A stretch of 64,000 nt of DNA from a bacterium. Lineage in GTDB: Bacteria; Hinthialibacterota; Hinthialibacteria; Hinthialibacterales; Hinthialibacteraceae. The stretch covers positions 6,351-70,350 of the forward strand of contig CAXXSM010000100.1 of NCBI GenBank assembly GCA_963663405.2. The letters run 5' to 3'. Positions 27,269 to 36,294 of this stretch are shown one piece after another (the first letter of the stretch is position 1; every line of letters begins with the position of its first letter). The translations under genes and the position numbers were made by a program. The notes under the pieces were generated by a model that was given only the letters and a program-made list of their open reading frames with translations, did no database searches and was not told the DNA's origin.

Positions 27269-27398
27269 CGGGAATACACAACTCGCAAACCTATGTTGTT
27301 GTTCCTGTTATCTGGGGTCCTGTTGTTCCGGTTCGCCGATCGGCAGTTTTCTGGATTGTTGTTCCAGGAACCGCCCCGAATCACACGAGCTGCTCTTT
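27269..27398 (-). repeat. DGR template repeat (TR)
   Basis: Translates (non-functionally) to [40 protein letters not shown], with about ten AAC codons. It overlaps the 3' end of the RT ORF. ORF 27121..27384 in the track is this repeat, not a gene. Confidence 0.9.
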
Positions 27399-28463
27399 CC
27401 TGATATATCCCCTTTCTTTACAATTTTTGCGTTTTCGAATAAAGACGTACGTAATCCCCATGAATCGGCATGTGAGACATGACCGATCCAACTGACAACC
27501 GATTGCGTCACATCAAACAATGCGATTTGCTTCTCACGATATTGAACGCGCAATTTCTTGAATCTTTTCAAAAACCGGTGGCCATTGCCATTCCGCACTA
27601 ATACATGACTGGGAAAAACACGATAACCCAGAAAATCAATCCCATCTCTAACCGGAACAACATGCGCGCAGTTTTCATGAATGGATAAATGGTTCTGATT
27701 CAACAAATAGTCAGAGATTTCGTTTTTGATTTCATACAATCGTTGTTTTGAATGATGCAGGACAAGCATATCATCCACATAGCGCAGGTAGGCTTTCACT
27801 CCCAAGGTCTCTTTCACAAAATGATCGAATGGATTCAGATAGACGTTAGCAAAAAATTGGCTGGTTAAATTACCGATTGGAATCCCCAAAGGCCCGTCAA
27901 AATTCAATAGATAATTCCCACGATCGTCAATCGGGTGAGGCTCACGGTAGCTGCGCAGTATATGACGTATTAACCATAAGATGGATTGATCGCCGATTTT
28001 CCGGGAGAGAATTGAGAATAATAAATCCTGTCGAATACTCTGGAAATACTTTCGTATATCTATTTTGATGGAGTACGGATAGTGTTGGATCAACGTTTTC
28101 AATCGATTCACCGCCGCATGAGTCCCTTTACCTTTACGGCATGCGTAGGAATCAGAGATAAACGATCGCTCGAAAATCGGTTCGATGATATTGCAAAAGG
28201 GCATGATGAACGATACGATCACGATAGGGAGCGGCGCTGATGGTTCTTTTCTTCCCTTCATTAATGACAAATTCCCGATACCCTCCATGTTGATACGTCT
28301 TTGTCTCTAATTCACGCTGTAACCGTAAGATCTCTCGCTCAAAATTGAGGTTAAATAGACTCACTTCAAAGCGGAATCGCTTCCCCTTTTGCGCTTTTTT
28401 GGACGCCAGCAATAAATTTTGAAAATCCCTTAGTTGGGGATAAAGGTTTTTATAACGTTTCAT
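27308..28463 (-). pseudogene. DGR-type reverse transcriptase, one frameshift near 28190-28200
   Basis: N-terminal ORF 28152..28463 (..[17 protein letters not shown]). It continues in ORF 27308..28288 ([26 protein letters not shown].., IGNLTSQFFANVYL, YLRYVDDMLVL). The junction lies at GCCCTTTTGC. Confidence 0.85.
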
Positions 28464-28804
28464 GCTTTCGCCTGCTGCTTGATCCAGCCTCCCAACATAG
28501 ATCCCACTTCATCTAAAATTTCAGAGATATACTTGTATCGGCGGAGATCAACAAATTTAAGATCTTTAGCCAATCTCGCCAAGAAACGGAATTTCTCCAA
28601 ATCTAAATTCGCGCGTTTCAGTAGAGCAATTTTCGAGCGTGAATACGAAGCTTCCACCAAAAGATCCAAGATCTCCAACAATACATTTTCCATACGGGAG
28701 CCAATCGTATATCGCTTATTTTTGGGGAATTTTTCAATCAAAGGCATCATCCAAAGAATGATGTCATACATTTTCTGCACGATAGCGGGGTGATTGCTTT
28801 TCAC
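28460..28804 (-). CDS. avd: Avd (accessory variability determinant), four-helix-bundle protein
   Basis: ..[33 protein letters not shown].. is typical of the four-helix-bundle (Avd / 23S-IVS protein) family. GGAGGA lies 5 nt upstream of the GTG at 28804. The 3' end overlaps the RT start. Confidence 0.8.
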   Translation of the reverse strand: MKSNHPAIVQKMYDIILWMMPLIEKFPKNKRYTIGSRMENVLLEILDLLVEASYSRSKIALLKRANLDLEKFRFLARLAKDLKFVDLRRYKYISEILDEVGSMLGGWIKQQAKA

Positions 28805-28920
28805 GTGAATCCTCCAATTTAAAAAATATTCGCGAGCTGCGCTAACGCGCAGCAAAAAGACAAAAGCAAAAAGTATAAAGAGTCAAAGTGCAAAGGGTAA
28901 AAGCGATACAGCAAAAAGCG

Positions 28921-30157
28921 CTAATAAGTCCGGGAATACACAACTCGCAAACCTAAGTAGTTGACCCAGCTAACTGGGGACCTGAAGAACCGGAACGCCG
29001 ATCGGCAGCAGTCTGGATTGTAGTACCAGGAACCGCCCCGAATCACACGAGCGCCTCTACGGGGTGAATCAATCCAAGCGGAACCATCTTGAGGCGCCCC
29101 TTCAAAATTCTCATGCCAATCATCCTCACACCATTCCAGCACATTCCCGCTCATATCATAAAGCCCCCATGAATTCGGTTTCTTTTTCCCCACAGGATGT
29201 GTTTTTTGAGAAGAATTTCCAGTAAACCATGCAAACTGATTTATTTCTTTGATACTCAGGATCATCTCCCCAATAGAACCGCGTGCTTGTACCTGCCCGG
29301 CAAGCGTATTCCCATTCCGCTTCGCTTGGAAGACGGAACGTTCCTTGACCGAGATCATTCAATTTTTTGATGAAATTTTGACAGTCATCCCATGATACGC
29401 ATTCGACTGGGCGATTTGTGTTTCCCTTAAAATTAGCAGGATTCTTACCTAAAACCGCTCTCCATTGTTTTTGAGTTATTGGATATTTCCCTAAATAGAT
29501 ATCATGAGGAATAGTCACTTGATGCTGCGGACTTTCATATTCAGATCTATCTTTTTCTTTTTCCGGACTTCCCATCATGAAGGAACCTGCAGGAATTTTG
29601 CACAATAATAGAGGAACAGATTTACCTGTTGAACTGGGGATTTTAAATTCGATCTCGGAAGATTCATCTATAACTGGTTCGATTGATTTTAAAGGCGGTT
29701 CTACTATTGATGTAGTTGTATCCCTTTCAGGAGGTCCTTCTTCATCCGGCTTGTTTGGTTTGGAAGGTGTTCCGATTAATGATTGAATGGACTTGATAAG
29801 GTTATCAAAGTCTGTATTAGGTGTCCCCTTTTTCCAGCCGGTAAGATCAACCGTTTTAAGATCTCTGAATCCAAAAGGAGGACGTACTTTTTCAATGAAT
29901 ATTGGCCTTAAAATATTTTTATTTAGACCTTCTCTTGCCTCTTCTTTTACCCACTTGGATTTAATAGACGATTCTGACCAAAGCACGATAACACAATGGG
30001 TATTGTCAAGTTCAGCGTCGATAAAATCATAGATATTTTCTGCTATCGGGACTTCTCGATCCCAAAAAACAGACCACCCCCGCGATTGCAATTCTTCAGC
30101 GATAACCTTCGCAATTGCAATATCGTCACTTTTATAGCTAATAAAAATATCACTCAT
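28921..30157 (-). pseudogene. DGR target 2: TIR domain fused to FGE-sulfatase (C-type lectin fold) domain, one frameshift near 29260
   Basis: The N-terminus MSDIFISYKSDDIAIAKVIAEELQSRGWSVFWD..VIVLWSESSIKSKWVKEEA is a TIR. This is followed by a PSKPNKPDEEGPP linker, then ..CKIPAGSFMMGSP..ESPQH..RLPSEAEWEYACRAG.. . The C-terminal fragment ORF 28921..29358 carries VR2. Deleting one base in GAGTATCAAAGAA restores ..DDPEYKEINQFAWF. Confidence 0.85.
28931..29060 (-). repeat. DGR variable repeat VR2
   Basis: Gap-free 130-nt match to the TR. 22 of 23 mismatches (hand count) are at TR adenines. Confidence 0.9.
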
Positions 30158-30327
30158 CCGCTAGCCCTATATATTTGATATAATCATTTCACAATTATCA
30201 AACAATATAGACCAACTATGCAAGGTCCATCAAAATCAAAAAAACCAAAAAATGAGGATGGGCTCTTATTTTCTCATCCACAGCAATTGACAAATTTCTC
30301 TAAATACCTAGGGAACATTTATGATAG

Positions 30328-30358
30328 AACAATGGCATAATTTGCCATTGTTTTTTTT
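30328..30358 (+). terminator. Strong intrinsic terminator
   Basis: AACAATGGCA-TAATT-TGCCATTGTT (10-bp stem) followed by a T8 run. Confidence 0.7.
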
Positions 30359-30701
30359 GTTCGTCTTTCCCAATTTCAAAAGTGATGAATCATTTCATCG
30401 CGGCATGATTGATCGCTTCCGTTCTATCCGCTTCGTCTCCTCCGCTTGACGCCAGATCTTCCATTCCCTTACTAAGTTCATAAAACGAAACCATTTTCTT
30501 CTGAAAAAAATACCATGGAATCCGGATTCCACTATCGTAACTTTTTTTAATTCATCCTAAAAAACTATGTTATCATGGAAATTATTTTATAGGATGGATT
30601 CCTGGATCATGAAAGGACTATAAAACAATGGTTCTTTCTCGATCTTTTTTATATATTCTTTTTACTTGAAATAAAATAATACCATTTTCCGGAGGTTTAT
30701 T

Positions 30702-33075
30702 ATGATCGTATCCAGGCGATATGCGCTTTGGGGCAATCTCTTTCGAATAACCTGTTGTCTTCTTGTCTGGTGTTCCAATGCTGTGGCTTTGTTTGAAACC
30801 GATATGCCGTATGCGGAGCGTGTAACGGATGGACGATTTCCGTTCGTAGGTACGTTTATGGTTTCCAAATGTCGCCAATCTTGGCACCGGCGTTGTAATC
30901 TCTCCCCGGCACATTTTGACATGCGCTCATCTGGCGCCATTCGACGAGGGAATCATTAAAGATTCCTTGTGGTATGAAGAACACGGGGGATCTGCCGACA
31001 ATGCGCGTGATGGGCGTATTAATTTCTATGGAACCGCTTCGACAGGAGACCATCCCAACTATACGACAACGCAGTTCTGGGTGCATCCGGATTACAATCC
31101 GGATTTAGGAAATTTGGCAGGATGGGATTTAATGATCATGGTGACAGCGGAACCGATCGACGATGTCGAGCCGGTTCCAATCATGCCGCGCTTAAACAGC
31201 GATCATTTACGCCGTGGATCGTGGGTTCGTCATGTTGGATTCGGTCCGACGGAAGGAGGCGCCGCGCATCAGTACAAAAGCACGTTACTCACACGCACAC
31301 TCAGCGTAGGTTTGAGTTCGCCGACTCTATATACATGGGGAGATGCGGGAGGCGGCGACTCAGGCAGCCCGGTTTTTCAACGCCGTATGGACGATCATGG
31401 ACAAATGAGAGAAGTATTAGTCGGTGTATTAACCAATGAGGGAATTCGTTCGATTTGGATCGATCCAAACGTATACAGTTGGATACGAAGTATTGTTGAT
31501 CGAATGGATCCAACGCTTCTGCCTGAGGATTACGACGGAGATGGAATTGAGAATATTTTTGATTCCTGTTTGTTGAAAGCGAGCAGCGAATCTGATTCCG
31601 ACAGGGATGAAGATGGGGTCGGCGCTTCGTGCGACACGTGCAGTGATTACAACGGTGGACAGTTCGACTCGGATGATGATGGAAGGGCAAATGGGTGCGA
31701 TCCTTGTCCGATTCCGAGTAGTTTCTTCCGGTTTGATCGATTGAATATTCCCAGTCTTCGCGGGTATTGGACGCAAAGTCCTTTCATGTTGGAATTTTTG
31801 GGTGTTGAAAGTGACGGACGCTGGTTGGATGAAGAATTTACTGTGGCTATCGATCCTGGAAGTGGTGGGGGATTTTATTCTGGACTCAGTCCTACTTTAA
31901 CGTTAGATGATGGCCGATACTCTCTTCGAGCGTCGGCTTTTGATGGATGCGGGAATCTAAGTGAGACACACACGATCGATTTCGGTGTGGATAGCGAACC
32001 TCCTACATTATCGTTTAATCATCCCGAAGAGGGCGCCATGATTCCTCGCGAATCAAATATGACTGTAGAGATCTTCGTTGGAGATATGAGCAGCGGTATC
32101 GGTTCCGTTGAATTATGGTTAGACGCGCCCGGAATGGGAGATGAGTTCAATCCAGGTATCAAGTTATGCGATTTTCCCGGCCCTTGGTTGATCGGATATG
32201 GGAATGTCGATCGTTGCACAGTAAATATGGATTTTCCCTTTGGGACGCATACTCTTTACGCGATCGCAAAAGATGTGGCTGGGAATGAGACGATCGCCCA
32301 AAGAGAAATAATGGTATGGTTATCACAACCGGGAGTTATACTTCCAACTCTTCCACCACTCAATACACCGGAACCGCTTGAATCAGAGCCGACGCCTACT
32401 CCGACCGCAACAAATACATCCATACCCAAAACAAATACTCCGGCGCCTGTGCAGAAAGCAACATTGACTCCAACACCCAAAATATCAGAAGAGTCGATCG
32501 TCTATTCGTTTGATCAAGCGACATTGGAGAAAAATGGCTGGAGTGAAATCCCCGGTGGCTTTATGAAATACGATTCCGGAGATGTGATTGTATCAAAATT
32601 ACCGGCGAATTCGATCCCTTCTTCCGAGGATAATTTGGGATTGGCGATGACTGTTATGGGGGATGAAGTTGCGCTTGTTTATTCAGTCAAGCCATTCGAT
32701 TCGGATGGAAAACCGGTTTTATTACGCTTAAGCGTGCGCGCGACCGGGCCTGACGCGACATTAACCTTGGCTTGTTTGAAAGGAGGAATTCAAACGCAAA
32801 CCGATGGATCGGTCGCCACTCATTCGCCTGCAACCGCGCAGAGTTTCGTTAAAAATGAACGTACGATCGTCCTCATTTATCAACCCGATGACGAGGAACC
32901 AATCAATCCCATAATTCAAGTGGCGGGAATCGGCGCTAAAACGAAAACAACAGTATATATTGATCGATTGGAAGCGTATGTCATTGAAAAAAGTGGTTCG
33001 TATTTGGGTGAATTATTCTATTCCGATCCATTATTCCACAAGCAAATCCCCGGAATTCCTAGCATCAGAGAATAA
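30702..33075 (+). pseudogene. Secreted trypsin-like (S1) serine protease with TSP3-like Ca-binding repeats and Pro/Thr linker; frameshift near 30865
   Basis: The signal-peptide ORF 30702..30959 reads on in the next frame as ..NVANLGTGVVISPRHILTCAHL.. (His), ..WDLMIMV.. (Asp), ..GDSGSPVF.. (Ser). DxDxDG repeats occur at DYDGDGIENIFDSC...DRDEDGVGASCDTC. The linker is EPTPTPTATNT. Confidence 0.75.
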
Positions 33076-33189
33076 TTTCTCAATCGTTACAGAGACAAAA
33101 ATCTATCGTAGCAGGAGACTTTGGCTGATCTGATGATGGTCATGCAAAATTATATACGAAATAGCGGGATCAAATTTTCTCCCATAATA

Positions 33190-34698
33190 CTAGGGCAACC
33201 GGTGGGAAATCTCTTTCATGCGTGGGTAGAGTTCTTTGTATAATTCAAAACGTTCGTTGTAGATGTTGTGATTCTCGTTGTTGGGTTCGTATGTTTTTTT
33301 GATCTTCGCCAGCTGCGAACCGGTTTCGCCAATAGAAGAATAGACACCTGTGGCCGCTCCCGCTAGAATGGCGCAACCCAGACACCCCGATTCCGATACG
33401 GCGGGCACGGCGATGGGAATTCCCATGATATCCGCTTTGATTTGCAGCCAGTATTCTGATTTTGCGCCGCCGCCTGTGGCGAGCAGCAAATGAATGGCCC
33501 CGCCCGCTTCCCGCAGCAGTTCGGCGCACATCCGCATCTCATAAGTCAATCCCTCCAACAGCGCCCGTGTGATTTCTCCCTTGGTTGTGCCCAGCCGCAG
33601 TCCGGCGATAACGCCTTTCGTCTGCGTGTCGAAATGAGGCACACCGGATGTGGTGAAGTGGGGGAGAACTAACAGATTTGTGGGATTGCTCGCTGCTTCT
33701 TCGGTGAGAATATCGTATACATCCCGGCCACTTTCTTCAGCCCGCCGTTGTTCGTCCTGTCCGAATGTATCCCGGTACCAACGAAATAAACTGCCGCCGG
33801 TGAAATTGTAAACCAGGGAGATGAATTGGTCTGGGCAGGTATGGTGGTAACAACAGATGTTGTTCGACAACATCTGATCGTTCAACAGCAATTCTGTGAA
33901 CACCGGCGCGATACATTCCACCGTGCCGATCCCATAAGCGGCCACATTCGGTTTTGTGGCGCCCGCGCCCAGTGTTTGACAGGGTTGATCGTGTCCGCCG
34001 GTAACAACTTTCACTCCTCGCGGGAGACCAATCTCATCCGCGATGGAATCAGGGACAACGCCGATTACGGTTCCGGATGGTTTTGGATCCGGCATCATTG
34101 AACGGTCAACGCCGGCGAATTCTAAAAACTCATCACACCAATCATTCTTTCGTACGTCGAAGAGCATCGTCCGGCCCGCGAGGCTGTAATCAGTTGTGGG
34201 CGCCATTCCTAGACGATAAAGGACCAGATCTTCAAAACAGAGAATTGACTTCGCTTTATGCAGAACCTCTGGTTCATGTTCTTTTAACCACTGCAGCTTC
34301 AGCGCAGTAAAACAAGCCGCCAAAGGCTGGCCTGTGGTTTGAAAGATCTTTTCCCGTCCATATTTTTCTTCCCATTGAGGAACATACGGTTCGGTGCGGG
34401 TATCGAAACTGACGATCGCGTTGTAAAGGATCGTTCCTTCCGCGTCCACGATCGATACCGCTTCTCCCTGACAGGAAGGGGCCATGGCTGTGATGGGATC
34501 ATTTTTCGTCTGACTCGCCACGAAACCAATGCAAGTCTTGATATCCTCCCAAACCCGGTTTCCATCCAATTCCGCCCAACCAGACTGGGGAGAATGCAGC
34601 GGATATTCCCGGTAGGCTGAGGTGAGAATCTTTCCCTCTTCATCAAAAGCGACGGCTTTACAACCAGTCGTGCCAACATCGACGCCTAATAAACTCAC
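33190..34698 (-). CDS. FGGY-family carbohydrate kinase (xylulokinase-like)
   Basis: LLGVDVGTTGCKAVAFDEEG.. N-terminal actin-fold motif and ..LLLATGGGAKS.. C-terminal motif. GTG start with a GGAGG RBS. Confidence 0.8.
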   Translation of the reverse strand: MSLLGVDVGTTGCKAVAFDEEGKILTSAYREYPLHSPQSGWAELDGNRVWEDIKTCIGFVASQTKNDPITAMAPSCQGEAVSIVDAEGTILYNAIVSFDTRTEPYVPQWEEKYGREKIFQTTGQPLAACFTALKLQWLKEHEPEVLHKAKSILCFEDLVLYRLGMAPTTDYSLAGRTMLFDVRKNDWCDEFLEFAGVDRSMMPDPKPSGTVIGVVPDSIADEIGLPRGVKVVTGGHDQPCQTLGAGATKPNVAAYGIGTVECIAPVFTELLLNDQMLSNNICCYHHTCPDQFISLVYNFTGGSLFRWYRDTFGQDEQRRAEESGRDVYDILTEEAASNPTNLLVLPHFTTSGVPHFDTQTKGVIAGLRLGTTKGEITRALLEGLTYEMRMCAELLREAGGAIHLLLATGGGAKSEYWLQIKADIMGIPIAVPAVSESGCLGCAILAGAATGVYSSIGETGSQLAKIKKTYEPNNENHNIYNERFELYKELYPRMKEISHRLP

Positions 34699-35346
34699 AG
34701 TTGATTTCCTCCCCCATATTTATATGGTTTTCGAGATGTATATAATTTTAAAGGCGATCTGGTAATCCAAGCAAGTCTTTCCAGTAGAATAAATTCATTA
34801 TATCGGATTAACAGTGTGTTTTTTTTCATTAAAGATGCGGCGGAAAAAAAGCCTTATAAGACGAAACGAACATAATACACTGCGTATGGCAAGCCTATCA
34901 ACGCTACGATAGATGAGTATCAATTTTATGGTTCATCCGGTAAGTGAGTGCGTAAAGTTAAAATAATTTCTTTCATGCTATACTCCTCTTACATTTGTGG
35001 CCTCTCACCACGACGGCCCTATAAGCAAAACTATCGAGTCAAGATTCCGATTAATGAGCGGCGGGAGGTTCATCCAGTGCGGGAAACGCTCCAGTCTGAG
35101 TTACGAAGACAGGCTAGTCTGGTTATCCCGAACTGGGAGTGAGATTCTATTTTTTTCCTGACTTATCCACAGGGATTCGCCGCGAAAAATGCGTTTTTTT
35201 CATTCTTTTTTTTTCATTTCTTTTTTTCTCTTTGGAATTATAGGACTATTGTTTATTGTCTCACGGGGACAAAAAGATACTACACAGCCTTTAAAAGCTG
35301 GGTATTTTCTGAATAATTCTGAATATATAAACAAACGGTTACTATT

Positions 35347-36248
35347 TCATTCCAATTCGATTGTATACGCGATCATCTGCTCGCCTTGATCCGGGGCTTT
35401 CACGGCCCAATTTCCATCGGGACGCAAGACACCGGTCGGCGCGGAGCAAGGTATATCCGTTGGATGGCAATTATCCGCAGTCACGATCCAGACGTTTCCC
35501 GCCTGGGCGCGGATACGCAGATTCGTTTCGTGGAACGGCCAAAAAACAGTCTTGGACCATTCTCCTCCATTCCGCCCTCCGTTGATCGCGTGAAAAATGA
35601 TCTTCGCGCCCATATCGGATAATTGCTGGCTGAGATGAGGATCAGGCATCGGTGTGCAACCGGGATTACCCCATAGGTCATTACAGATCAAACCACCAAT
35701 GGTAAGCCCATCAAGATTGAACACTCGCAAAGGCCGCGCCGCATAATGGTTAATTTCCCCGCGAGACGGTTCGGTCATTGAACCACAGCGGAGGATTTTA
35801 TTATGAAATCCAAGAAAATTCCCTTTGACCATCATAAAATCGAATCTGGTTGTAACAGCGTTGATCGTCCGGTTCCACGAAACACGTGCCCAGCGCCAAA
35901 GCCAATCCCGCTTTAGAAGAGCGTTTTAGAAGTTGCTTTAAACCTTCCTCAACTTGCGATTGATCAAATTCATGTGTATACCCGCTCAACGATCCTTCGG
36001 GTCGTCAACAGAATATCAGCGTTCTCAGCGATCGCCCAATCGATCGAGCGGGTGATGGTCTTCACATTTTCGGCGATATCCCGCGTAACGGGAATTTGCG
36101 CCGCCGCTACCCGGATTGTTTTTCCCGCGCTTTTCTCTTGTTCTTCCATCGTTTGTTTATTCAATTCTTCCTCTGCATGGATGATTGTACTTTGAAAAAA
36201 TACTATAACGGCTCCAATGATTATGATAGACAATGTATATTTCATCAT
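35347..36248 (-). pseudogene. Carbon-nitrogen hydrolase (nitrilase superfamily), two frameshifts
   Basis: Signal peptide plus ..IRVAAAQIPV.. (35970..36248), ..PEGSLSGYTHEF.. (frame of 35801..35989), ..LTIGGLICNDLW.. with the catalytic Cys (35347..35835). Confidence 0.7.
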
Positions 36249-36294
36249 TGTTTTTCTCCTAATAAATACCTAAATGCAGTTTGGAAAATACATT

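Larger units (their letters stand above)
23881..30157 (-). other. Diversity-generating retroelement (DGR) cassette: target2(VR2)-avd-RT-TR-target1(VR1)
   Basis: RT with the IGNLTSQ and YVDD motifs, an Avd four-helix-bundle gene, and a 130-nt TR matching two VRs with adenine-specific mismatches. See the individual features. Confidence 0.9.

Noticed and set aside
27121-27384. 87-aa ORF ([21 protein letters not shown]...) listed in the ORF track.
   Set aside because: It is the DGR template repeat read in the target frame, plus the downstream spacer. It has no RBS and is Asn-codon-rich by design, so it is not a protein gene.
34960-35165. GC-rich, possibly structured stretch ending in a T-run, in the long region upstream of the FGGY kinase (riboswitch or sRNA?).
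   Set aside because: I could not match it to any riboswitch consensus I know (TPP, cobalamin, c-di-GMP, fluoride), and the hairpin before the T-run is weak. It would need an Rfam scan.
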